Below are positions 1 through 12,276 of a DNA stretch of 64,000 nt, one piece after another (position 1 is the stretch's first letter; every line of letters starts with the position of its first letter). The notes beneath the pieces are model-generated. The model did not search any database, had not been told where the DNA came from, and was given only the letters and a program-made list of their open reading frames with translations. This DNA comes from Lingula anatina (taxonomy: Eukaryota; Animalia; Brachiopoda), in the NCBI GenBank assembly GCA_051362555.1, contig CM120640.1, positions 70,906,788-70,970,787 on the forward strand, written 5' to 3'. The position numbers and the translations under genes were made by a program.

Positions 1-283
1 TAGTGTACTGATTAAAATAATTTTCAGCATGAATAGTTATATCAAGTTATCAAGGGAGCTAACCTGTGTGACAGTTGCCTTGTGGTGGGTGCCTTATTTC
101 ATGTCTGGTCCATTTTCCCTAAACCAGTGAAAACTGGCCGTAAACCACAAGAGTCCTAGTCCACCATAGCTTGTCACACTGGTTTAGCTTCCAGTTAGCC
201 GATTAATTTACTGACACTGAATTATGCATGTTGTTACAAACTTTGTTGATTGTTCACATGTTGTTGACTGACGTTTTCTTCAG

Positions 284-3200
284 GCGGAGGAGGTTGCCCG
301 AGAGCGCGAGCGTTTGCAAGCAGAACAGGTATACCAGCACGTACCTCCTGTGTTGAGTGTAGTGGTGATGGGGAGTTGAGGTGTAGTTAGCAGCACTTAG
401 CTCTTTTGCTGTGAAATCATCTAGTATATCTTGAAATATATAGCTAGATCATGAACTCTTCATTCATGCCAAATTCTATTTAGATTCTTTTTCAATCTAG
501 CACATAACTACAGTAATTTTTGCACACATTTGAAAGCATGGTGCTGCTAGCAAGTCCTAAAATTACTAATTTTCAAAATTTCATTTTACTAACAGGACTA
601 AGGCATCGGCTGTTCTTGGCTGACCGACTGTACATTTTATTCCTTCAGTATGCATTTTGTCTTTTTGTGACTTGTCTGCAAGCACTCGTAATGGTTCTTT
701 CTGAAACATGGGTATCTAAAGAAATATCTTTTCATTTATATTTGGCTGTGTCCTCTCAGTATCTCTTGCACACACATAATTGATAAAGAGCTAGAGAAAC
801 AAAAAATTGACACAGGTTTTTGAAGTCATGACTATCTAAGATAGGAGTTAATTATTGTACCACCAGCGTTAGCGCTGGCGGTACACATGGTTTCGGTCTC
901 GTCCGGATCGTTCCGCCGGCTCCGCCGGCTCCGCCGGACGGCTACCGTTACCGCTTCTCCTCCTAGACGGTAAGGCCCCCCATACCCATCTCATGGATTT
1001 AGGTCACCTATAATCTCAACTCGTTCCACGTAAAATTTGGGCTTTGTCGGTATTGGGGTCTGGGTGTGGCACTCATTGCAATGCACCCTTGTCCAAAAAT
1101 GGCAAAATTAAATGCTAATTATCTACCCTACGGAAGGAGTTACGGGAAAATTTTCTACAGACGGCTTTCCAAAAGTCATATGTGTAGATTTCAAATATAC
1201 CCTCGGATTTGACCTTTGACCTTTACTTCAAGGTCTAATGGGCCAAAATTTTCAAAAAAATGAAATTTTTTACGAAAAAAAATTTTTTTGCCCTGTTATT
1301 CAGACACCACACAGACTTAACCAATAATATTATTGGAAAGTGTTACCCTTCAGGTCATCTTTCATCTCCGTGAATTTGGGGTCAATCGGTGCATTTTCAC
1401 AGGAGTAGCGGCCATAAGATACCGAAACTGAAAACTGTCTCTAATTCGGGAACCGTTAATGCTAGAGACCCATTCTTTTTTGCATTTTGTAGAGCATGTA
1501 AAGCCCAACACTGGAGGTGGTCTCGTTTTTTTTGTATTCCATACGGTTTTCGAGTTACGCTGTATCAAAAAGTACATATTGGTGGTGAAAGGAAAATGTA
1601 CGGAAGCCCACTGGTGCCATATGTAGAAAAAAAAATTATCTCGAAATTTCGAGATACTATTTTGAAATTTGAACAAAAAAATTTACCACCAGCGTTAGCG
1701 CTGGCGGTACACATGGTTTCGGTCCCGTCCGGTCCGTTCCGCCGGCTCCGCCGCCATGTTACCGTTACCGCTTCTCCTCCTAGACGGTAAGGGCCCCCGT
1801 ACCCATCTCATGGATTTAGGTCACCTATAATCTCAACTCGTTCCACGTAAAATTTGGTTTTGTCGGTATTGGGGTCTGGGTGTGGCACTCATTGCAATGC
1901 ACCCTTGTCTAAAAATGGCAAAATTAAATGCTAATTATCTACCCTACAGAAGGAGTTACGGGAAAAATTTCTATAGACGGCTTTCCAAAAGTCATATGTG
2001 TAGATTTCAAATATACCCTCGGATTTGACCTTTGACCTTTACTTCAAGGTCAAATGGGTCAAAATTTTCAAAAAAATGAAATTTTTTACGAAAAAAAATT
2101 TTTTTGCCCTGTTATTCAGACGCCACACAGACTTAACCAATAATATTATTGGAAAGTGTTACCCTTCAGGTCATCTTTCATCTCCGTGAATTTGGGGTCA
2201 ATCGGTGCATTTTCACAGGAGTAGCGGCCATAAGATACCGAAACTGAAAACTGTCTCTAATTCGGGAACCGTTAATGCTAGAGACCCATTCTTTTTTGCA
2301 TTTTGTAGAGCATGTAAAGCCCAACACTGGAGGTGGTCTCGGTTTTTTTGTATTCCGTACGGTTTTCGAGTTACGCTGTATCAGAAAGTACATATTGGTG
2401 GTGAAAGGAAAATGTACGGAAGCCGACTGGTGCCATATGTAGAAAAAAAAATTATCTCGACATTTCGAGATACTATTTTGAAATTTGAACAAAAAAAAAT
2501 TTTATCTCGAAATTTCGAGATAGCATTTTGAAATTTGAACAAAAAAAAAAATTATCTCGAAATTTCGAGATAGCATTTTGATATTTGAGCAAAAAAATTT
2601 ATCTCGAAATTTCGAGATAGTATTTTGAAATTTGAACAAAAAAAATGCTATCTCGAAATTTCGAGATAATTTTTTTTTTCAACATATGGCACCAGTCGGC
2701 TTCCGTAAAAATGTGCAGTACGGTAATGGATAATAAATTTTGAACTCCGGAAAAATAAAACATAATGCTTGGCAAAGCAGACAACTTGTGGTCAAAAATG
2801 ACATTATTTTATCAAATTTAAACTTCTGCAACTTCAGAGAACCTCCCATTTCAAGAACTTTGACCAAAATGACCTTTTCTTTATTTTAATTAATTTTTTC
2901 TGTAGGAAATTTATGGCACATTATGGTAACTCCAAAATTATAACATTTAGTCCCTTATATCTCCAAAACTGGCAGAGATAGGTCCATAGTTACTATTGAA
3001 GTTGAATAGGAAGTCATATACTGGCAATCTTACTGTGACCTTGACATTGACCTTTGACCTACTTTTCACCATGAACTGAACTTTGCAAATTTTGCTTCCC
3101 TTTTATCTCCAAAACTGGCAGAGATAGGTCCATAGTTACTATTGAAGTTGAATAGGAAGTCATATACTGGCAATCTTACTGTGACCTTGAAATTGACCTT

Positions 3201-5946
3201 TGACCTACTTATCACCATGAACTGAACTTTGCAAATTTTGCTTCCCTTTTATCTCCAAAACTGGCAGAGATAGGTCCATAGTTACTATTGAACTTGAATA
3301 GGAAGTCATATACTGGCAATTTTACTGTGACCTTGAAATTGACCTTTGACCTACTTTTCACCTTGAACTGAACTTTGCAAAATTTGCTTCCCTTTTATCT
3401 CCAAAACTGGCAGAGATAGGTCCATAGTTACTATTGAACTTGCATAGGAAGTCATATACTGGCAATTTTACTGTGACCTTGAAATTGACCTTTGACCTTC
3501 TTTTCACCATGAACTGAACTTTGCAAATTTTGCTTCCCTTTTATCTCCAAAACTGGCAGAGATAGGTCCATAGTTACTATTGAAGTTGAATAGGAAGTCA
3601 TATACTGGCAATCTAAATGTGACCTTGAAATTGACCTTTGACCTACTTTTCACCATGAACTGAACTTTGCAAATTTTGCTTCCCTTTTATCTCCAAAACT
3701 GGCAGAGATAGGTCCATAGTTACTATTGAAGTTGAATAGGAAGTCATATACTGGCAATCTTACTGTGACCTTGAAATTGACCTTTGACCTACTTTTCACC
3801 ATGAACTGAACTTTGCAAATTTTGCTTCCCTTTTATCTCCAAAACTGGCAGAGATAGGTCCATAGTTACTATTGAAGTTGGATAGGAAGTCATATACTGG
3901 CAATTTACTGTGACCTTGAAATTGACCTTTGACCTACCTTACAATGAACTTAACTTTGATTGCACCATTTTTAGTTATATATATTTTTTGCATATTTTGA
4001 AAATTCTTGTTGATTGCATTTTTACAGCTTGTCAAGCACAAGACTGGTGGCTGCACCCCTTATTTTGTGTATGTGGGGGTCTATACGAATGCGCTTGCTC
4101 CAGCTGGTGGTACAATATTCGGAGGCGGTATCGCCTCTCTGATCCTCTAGTTTTCTTTTTCATTTTTTGTGAGGTTTGCTGTCTGCTTATCAATATCTTA
4201 TTAGACATATATGATTATGGTGTTTCTCACTTTAGCACTTTTGCTGTACCAGTAATTTCTGAGATATTGGAAAATTTGTATGGGCTGAAGGAAATTTTTT
4301 TATGGTCAGAAATCACTTCCTGTCCTCATTTTTGAAAACGGCCTCTAAGAAATTCCCTGCAGTAAGTTTCATGAAAAAAATCAAAGTTTGAGTCTAAGTA
4401 AGGAGTGTGTCAAGGAAGGACTCACTTCTCAAAGTTTTCATTGACAAATTTGTTTTCTTTTTGCTATGTGTTGTGCATACTGTGCATTTGTTAGCAGGGA
4501 ATAATCTGAAGTATTCATGTAATAAGGTCTCTTGCCATTACTTCCAGGAGTTGCGAGAGCGGCAGAGGCGCGAGGCAGCCGAGCACAGAAGAATGTTGTT
4601 GGAAGAAGAGGAACGACTGAAAAGAAAACGGGAGGAGGAAGTTCGTCAAAAACGTGAACAGGTAATACCAAATATCCACATTTCTTCATTTCTGAATCAG
4701 TGAAACATAAGATAGCATAACCACAAGAAGATCAGTTTTCAAATCTAATATAATAAATGCTGAAAAGAGATGCCTGTTAAATATTAAGGTGTCCTAATGA
4801 TTAAATCATATACAAATGGCAGGCTGCTAAAAATATAGTATTGATTGGTGACTGATGTAATGGCTCTGATTTGTTGTATCTTTCTGCTGCATTCCTAGGA
4901 GTTATTAGAGGTAAGACTGCTGCAATTGTGAAATGTGTTTGTTGTTACATGTAGGTTTAAGAGTAGTAGGGAAGTTAAGTTAATATTTTATAATGCACAA
5001 TTACCTAAGTGCCTAAAAGGAGCAAAAGCAAACCTGATGTGTTGTGAAATTATGATGTTTCAATTGATTCCAATTTCAAGTAGTACAGATTTTTTTATTA
5101 AGTCACGATTTTTTTATGTTTTAGGAACGGCGTCAAATGCAAGAATTACAAGAAGCAAGGGATGCTGAAGAACGTAGAATACGTGAAGAAAATCGCAGAC
5201 GAGATGAAGAAATGGAGCATCAACGCAGAATGATGCAGCAACTTCAAAGGGAACAACAGATGCAGGATGAATATCGCCAAACTGACCCATATGGTAACTA
5301 CCCCTACGAAGCTGGATATTCCAACTACCCGCCCCCTGGTGAGCAGGACAAGTCGGCCACCCTGCCACCTCCCAACCATATGCCCAGTGGTAGCGTACCC
5401 CCACCACCAGAAAGGAAATCTTCGTATGAATATCTAAACCAGTATCAACGTGTACAGCCTAACCTGAACAGTTCTGCCATGAGGGGTGGCTCAGACACAG
5501 CAGGTCCTACCAAGAAAACCGTGTCATTTGATACAAAGCCAGCGACTGAGATGACATATAATAATGTGGATCATGATCAGTCCCCAGCCTCTCCCCCAGG
5601 AAACTTTCCTCCTAATGGTGGGTTTGAAACACCCAATGGGCCCTCCACTGCTAATGGAGACGGTCCCGAGACTCCTAACTATGCCAATTTGCCTAGTCAA
5701 ACCTTCACGACAGGGTCCACCCCTGGGGTGATAGGGGCTCAGGAGGTGTACCGGGACCCACGCGCTCGGATTGAAGCCACACGCGCAGCTTCTCTGAATA
5801 AGAAATCAGGACCTGAAAGAATGTCGTTTAGGGACAAAATGAAAATGTTTGCAGCAGAGGCGGGAGAACTGACCCCACAGGAGAGGACAAAAAGTTCTCG
5901 GGCTCAGAAGGAAATAGAGAGGACAATGGTGAGCCCTCAACACTGA
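284..5946 (+). CDS. AFDN: Afadin/canoe, 3' exons (284-328, 4548-4661, 5125-5946); 5' part lies outside the window
   Basis: Three phase-0 exons bounded by AG/GT join into an E/R/Q-rich coiled coil, a proline-rich segment and a C-terminus with TPGVIGAQEVYRDPR and PERMSFRDKMKMF, which I recognise as invertebrate afadin/canoe C-terminal motifs. Stop TGA at 5944-5946. Confidence 0.85.
2417..2705. mobile_element. TA-flanked MITE nested in HINE copy 1, with internal palindrome repeats
   Basis: TIR CGGAAGCCGACTGGTGCCATATGT / ACATATGGCACCAGTCGGCTTCCG with TA on both sides; five copies of the 20-bp palindrome TATCTCGAAATTTCGAGATA (one with a mismatch) at ~49-bp spacing. Confidence 0.75.
2957..3950 (+). 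repeat. 146-bp tandem repeat array, ~6.8 units, inside HINE copy 1
   Basis: CTCCAAAACTGG recurs at 2961, 3107, 3253, 3399, 3545, 3691 and 3837, an exact 146-bp period; units are near-identical. Confidence 0.95.
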
Positions 5947-6057
5947 AGAACTGGGCTGGTGTGTTTTAGATTTGAGAAAGTTTTGACTGCTTCCAAGACA
6001 TCAGGAGCTAACAGTGACATAAGGTTAATTGGGCCAGGGGAGTGTACAGGACTTCAT

Positions 6058-6088
6058 GGGGGTGGGGTGGGGTGGGGTGGGGTGGGGG
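6058..6088 (+). repeat. (GGGGT)n tract in the afadin 3' UTR, potential G-quadruplex
   Basis: Six G4-5 runs separated by single T. Confidence 0.7.
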
Positions 6089-7695
6089 TTTAAGGCAGAG
6101 GCGGTTCATACATTGAACATGATGACATTGTTATCAAGGAAATTGTGACAGAAGCATGGGTTTGAAGTAGTAGGACATGGTGGTATTCATACATGGATTG
6201 GAAGCATTCATTGTATATAGCATCCAATTTTAAACAAATTATTTTACTGCACTTAAAAACTTTGAGGTCACTTGGACAGCAGAGGTTGTCACTGTACAGA
6301 CTTCACATACACATTTAAATGTATAGAGTTCTTACCATATTATGTACAGGCTCAGTAGCTTGCTTGAAATATGAAAATTACTGACTTACAAGTACTCTTG
6401 CAATGGGTTGGCAAGATGAATTGTTGCCTAGGTTACCCTCATTATTGCCATTGATTGGTCAACATTAGATGACTGTAAATATATAAGTTGGTTGCAACAA
6501 GGTGAGATTTATATTGATCGTTGATACCCAGAAAATACAAGTATTGCTTAGAGTGTTGTGAACTGGTCACTCACTATCATTAGGTGCTTTTAGTCTGCTG
6601 CAGGTTGATCTTTGACCAGAACTTGGGAATGATGTTCAACATTTTTCAAAGTTTGTTCTCTTCTGTTTTTGATGTGATAACACACAAGTGAACCTTAGCA
6701 GTCACCGAGGAGACGAGTTTAAATCCTCCTTTATTTTTTTCTTCTTAATTGGACCTTATTTTATTGTTAATGATCATCTTTATATAAGAAAAGCTGCAGT
6801 GGGAAATTTATGGGGGCTGTTCTTACAAATTATGAGACAAATGCAGATTGTATATTATATTCAATGTGAAGTAGATTTTTATATTTGCATATAATTGAAG
6901 TTATCTGCTGCCTGTGATTTCATCGCATTGCCTTCAGTCCGTTGACAGTATGCAGATTATCTCATTCTTAACTAGGGTCCAGTCTGTATCTAAATGTCCA
7001 TCTTTGTATATGCAACTAATTAGCTTGTCTTGGCAATTTGCTCACCCAGATCCGATGTGGTTCATCTGCCTGATAGGGAAGGGGACTTTTGTACATGCCT
7101 TTACCTTTTATTCCACTTTGAATGGTATATTTTTGTATTTTGGAGGTATGGCTTATATTATACAAACCAGATTATGTGACATGAAAGCATGGGCGTATTA
7201 GAATAGCTGTTTAAAAGTTTGAAACCCTCCCTAATCATGCTTCTGATTATATCTATTATTTTCAACTATTATTAACTTAAATGCATATCACAAAGCATTT
7301 AACTGTAATCTATCCAGCAATAATAAATATTCTACATGATCAAATTGCCTCCATTCTTTTGTCTGAAACAACTGCAAAATTATCAGAATATGGGTGTACT
7401 TGCTTACTTAAATCATGGGAATTGGTGTCCTGATGCCAAATATCGAAATATTTTTTTTGTGTTTAATTTGTTGCAAAAGAACAGGTAAACGTAATAGAAC
7501 GTCACATCAAATTTATTCCAACATATTGGCATGATAACCTGTGACAATAACGGCACATTTCTGATATTTCCTGACATACATATTGAAGTATTTAATGGTC
7601 CTAGCTTTCACCTGTTTCAACAATCCTCCAGAACACCAGTCTACTGATGCGTACGAACACTTTCCTTTTAAACCAATTCCCCCCCAAGTTTGGCA

Positions 7696-10600
7696 CTATA
7701 ATGATTGCATTTTGGTTCTGGCCTTCAAATGGCAAAGATCCTGCTCTGTCATTAGGTGGTAGTGGACAACTTTAGGGCGTGGCAGTTCCCGTGAGATCTC
7801 CAACTCCATCAGTCCTGACATCTCAATCAATGCTAGCTGACAGTTCTTGATACCCTACAAACAGTAAATGAAACTTGGATGACAATTTTCACAACAAAGA
7901 AAAACAAGCCCCTTTTCATATATGTGGTACAGTTATCTGTAACTAAGGAGTTAATACTCCTTTTCTTACGAGCCACAAAGTATCAATCAAAATGTCGGGG
8001 GGCCTCAGTTTAAGGGATAGTGTAATAGCAAAACAACTTGTCAATCTCTCGAGCTGATGCCATATACAGAAAACGGTAGTATCACTTGATGTGAAAAGAC
8101 CCAGAGTTCAACAACTATCAATATTTTCATGCATCTCTTACCATACCATTGGTTAATTTTGTAATCCAAGCTCAGAGCCTTGCTCATATAAAGTCAAGAT
8201 CTGCTATACATTATGGTACAGTTCTGACGTGCTGTAGATCAACACCCACCTGTGATATTCTCTCCCTGACCACCTTGTCTTTCTTGTTGGCTTTCAATGC
8301 CTGAAAATAACAGGCAACAAAAGAGGTGAAAACTGTAAACATTGGCCATGTCTTTCCATGTGTCAATTTTTTTTTTTTTTTTGGGGGGGGGGGGGGATAT
8401 TTGTGATTGAAAAAATATCTCTGCAATATTAAAATAGTGTCCCCTTACATATTGCCTCAAACACAGGGCATAAATAATATATCCACAGAGACTAAATATT
8501 TCGTGTTATTTACCTGAACTTCTGAGGCAGGAAATCCAATCAAGTTTGTCAACAACTGAAAATCAAAACAAAAATCTTACATTTCTAGAATTAAACAACA
8601 CACTGCACAGGGCCTAAGAAGAATAAATATATATTTATAAAAAACAAAAAAAAAAAAAAACTTGAGCTTGTCTCAGTAAATGAATATTTTAACCTTCTCA
8701 ATAGGATAACAATCCTGGCATCAAGACCAAGTATCTTTCACTGCAATAAATTCTTGGAAATAATGGTTGCTCTTGCTACTCCATCCTGCCAACTATCCGC
8801 CACTTTACCTGGTCTCCAAGATCCACATCTGTTGCTGCCGTTCCATCGTTTATCTTGGCACGTAATGTCCAGCCTGTTCCTGCATTGTGGTCAAGCTTGC
8901 CCAGTAGGGTGGAAATGAAAGCTTTCACTTTCACTTTCATGGGGCCTATATGATGTCCCTGAGCCTGCACTTTGGACAGGTAGGTATATGGTGGGGTGTC
9001 CAGCTTTACCTCACCTGGAGAGAGAGAGAGAACATCTTCATTAGACACACACACACAATCATCTATGACAAAGAGATTAATTTGTAAGATAATGGGAAAA
9101 ACAGCACTGTCCATTAGCTGAAAATATCTGCCAATACTGGCAATTTAAAGGGGGTCCCATGGGGGGGGGGGGGGGGGGGTTTAGTGACAGTTCATGGGGA
9201 ATAAAATCATTGATTCACAATTCACAGTTAATAAAACTTTGTTCATATCTCACTGATAATGTGAGTGGAAAATCCTGAAATTCACAAATCATCGGGTATA
9301 ATGATTTCATTTCACGAAGGGCAGAGAATAAAATACCGCATTCATTAGTCATGGAAATAGGGCGCTTCACAAATCGTGCAAAATAAAATAAAATAAATTG
9401 TGGCATTCGTGGTTAACAAAAATACCTGATGGAATCTTCATACATTGGGAAATGTGACAGTGATCAACATCCTTGTCTTGTTTAGTAACAAAAATCTTTT
9501 TTAACTGTCAACATAAACAGTAAGCTATATAAATAAGGTGGAAGATTTTTAAAATTATACAATGAAACAAAAAGGCTTCCCGCTTAATGGTTAGCAGTTA
9601 AAATCCTGATCAATTCACCTGAACTCGGCTCCAATTTCCTCCTCTTTGCTTCTTTTTCATAAACTAATCCAGACGGCACTTCAGAGAATGAAACTGAGGC
9701 TGCTTCTTCAAAATCATCATCATCATCAAAATCATCAGTAAGATCAACAAAGTCTTCAGTGTTTACAATTGTTGACCTTTGGTCATCTTTGTTGCTGTTC
9801 GATTGACCACTGACTGCTGTGTGGGTCAGCTGGTTCAAGTCCCTGGGTTTCTGAAGGTATCTCTCACCCACGTATGCATCAGAAACAGAACTACTAGCTC
9901 CTCTTTCAATTACGTGTTTTGTTGATATTTCAGGTGATTTTATAGGTTTATGGGTCTGACCATTTACACTAGTTGACTGTCCTAATGATGGACCAAAGCC
10001 ACTGTCCTGCAGCCCTGACCTCGTATTTACACTAGTGGACTGTCCTAATGATGGACCAAAGCCACTGTCCTGCAGCCCTGACCTTGTATTTACACTAGTG
10101 GACTGTCCTAATGATGGACCAAAGCCACTGTCCTGCAGCCCTGACCTTGTATTTACAATAGTGGACCGACCTAATGATGGACCAAAGCCACTGTCCTGCA
10201 GCCCTGACCTTGTATTTCTATTAACCACAGCAGAGTTCAGTCCAGGTTCCTCTCTTGTAACATGTGAGGCATACTGCAGTGTGCTAGGACCACTGCCATT
10301 GCCATCATCCTGTAGCCTGGGCTCAGTGTCCATTGGCATCCTGGCCAGCATATCTTCCTCATCCTCATCCCACTGCTCAAAGGCGTCCAGCTGCTCAACA
10401 TCCATGTGGTCCAGGAAGTCATCTTCATCCTGGTCCTCAAACTGAGACGCTGGCACACCGCTGGTCTGGCCTGATGGACGCTGTCCAGTTTGACCCATAG
10501 TTGATGTGTTGTTTTGGTCACTTGAGGCACCTATGGTCCTGGGGGGTGGCTGCTGCTGCTGTACAGGGGCTGGAGGCTGTGTGGTGGTGGAAGGAGTGAC

Positions 10601-12276
10601 TACAGCCCCACCCTGGGGCCCCCAGCTACCACCCCCAGGGCCACCAGAAGACCCCCTCCCTGGCTGTGTGAGAGAACACCCTGGTATCCTACTGGGGTCT
10701 TTGTACATGCTGTGTTCCGTGGGGCGGATTTTACTGATGTCCACATTTCTGAAATTGTAAAGTATTTTTCTCTCTGATGTACATTTATGAAATGAGTGGA
10801 GAGGGACTTTATAACATTAATATCCAAATACAATTGATGCTTTTTTAGCAATAATCTAATCGCTTCTGTTACCAATACTGACTCCAAAATGTCACTTTAC
10901 TCAGATAAAAAAAAACACTGAATGAATGAAAATAAATGAATAAACTATCTGACAATAGTTCACTCACAGCACCCTGGCCAGCAGCTGATGCTGTGCGTTC
11001 TGTTCCACCAAGGTATCCACCTCTCCCCCTAACACCTTCACGTTGCTGGCACTCAGCATGAGCACCCCCAAGCGGCAGGTGACAGGACCAGAGACCAGGA
11101 GTTTGGTGCCAGGACGCAGGTGCTCTGATAGCTGTGGAATAGGTTTGTACTCCATCCCTCTCACATCCTGGCTGCCATCTGTTAAACTTAACATCAGCAT
11201 ACGGCTGGGCTTAGGCTCCCACTGTGAAAACATATATCAATGCCAATAGTAATGTGTACCAGTATGTGTTAGAAACAGAATTATGAATTACAGGTGACTA
11301 TATGAATATATGAGCACACCACCTCACATCATGACTGATATTTCTACATTTATGTAAAACAAATCAATGAGTAAAATTGTGGCAAAAAGAGTTGAATATC
11401 TTAACTCAAAGATTTTTTTTAAAAACAGTATCATGCAACAAAAGTAAACATACAAAATTTCTTGGCTGGTCGTCAGTGTCCACTGCAGCATTGGCATTCT
11501 CTGTCCCGGTCACTCTCTGCAGCTGGGAGTAAAAAGAGCTTCCCACATTCAGCACAGAGTCAACCTCAAATGAAATAGAAACAAAAATTAACATTTATTA
11601 TTACTAACCAAATAAAATGAACTTTAAGTTTATCATAGCCATTATGACTAAGTATTACTACTGTATATGTCATAAAATTAAAAAAAAAATCCAAGGTTAA
11701 ATTCATATGTACACCATGGTCCTAAGCTGGCTATGTACCTGTAAGCAGTAGAAGCCATTCAGCTGTGTCTTCTGTGTTGAGATCACATTATTAGGCAGAC
11801 ATGTGGCCTCTATGTCTCTGAGGTCACTGACCAACCACTGCTCATAGACCAGGTCATTGACCTGACTCTGGGACAGAGAACCCTGCTGGATAGAACAAAC
11901 ATACAGTGAAAATATTATATACAAAGTTCTTAATATGCTGTAGAAAAATGTGTAAGTGGCAACACGGAACAATAATTCGAAGTCAACTCATTTTAATTAA
12001 AGGTCAATTATGTATTGATAGGAAAAATCATGTGTTATTTATTTACATTTTTAAAACAAACACAATGATCCTGAAATGAATACATTTTCGAAAACATTGA
12101 ACAGTAGTGACAAGACTGATGTTCAAGCTAATCGTTATTGTAGTTTGTTGTACCTGTTGGTGTTCCTCATGGATCCAGTCTACACATGCTTGAAGCCAGT
12201 CATCAGGGGCAGATATATGAACTGACTGCTCTAAGAAGGCTTTGGCACCAGTTGCAACTCGAGACAACAGCGTCAT
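7696..12276 (-). CDS. RMI1: RecQ-mediated genome instability protein 1; 9 coding exons (12276-12154, 11882-11739, 11564-11454, 11221-10968, 10748-9619, 9014-8809, 8555-8514, 8300-8250, 7854-7696)
   Basis: N-terminal WLQACVDWI and EQWLVSDLRD; OB-fold WEPKPSRMLMLSLTDG...GMEYKPIP...PGTKLL...RLGVLML...VKVLGGEVD; C-terminal PYTYL...KVKAFISTLLG...INDGTA...LIGF. Splice phases are consistent across all exons. Confidence 0.93.
9963..10217 (-). repeat. 60-bp coding tandem repeat (4 copies, VNTRSGLQDSGFGPSLGQST) in the RMI1 linker
   Basis: Directly visible in the DNA and in ORF 9584..10744. Confidence 0.95.

Larger units (their letters stand above)
852..4150 (+). mobile_element. Non-autonomous Helentron/HINE (DINE-1-like) element, copy 1, in an afadin intron
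   Basis: 5' subTIR TATTGTACCACCAGC (853-867) with an adjacent inverted copy forming a hairpin (857-884); CCGGCTCCG microsatellite; internal tandem array; 3' subTIR GCTGGTGGTACAATA (4103-4117); 3' hairpin GAGGCGGTATCGCCTC; ends CTAG followed by a T-run. A second copy lies at 44213-46181. Confidence 0.85.

Noticed and set aside
1362-2531. Duplicated ORFs of 104-133 aa on both strands
   Set aside because: Chance ORFs inside the duplicated non-coding HINE segment; copy 2 does not preserve them.
2450-2670. CRISPR-like array of palindromic repeats with spacers
   Set aside because: Spacers are near-identical A/T tracts, there are no cas genes, the context is a eukaryotic intron, and the array is bounded by MITE TIRs.
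10035-10887. Overlapping antisense and alternate-frame ORFs
   Set aside because: Shadows of the GC-rich, repetitive RMI1 exon.
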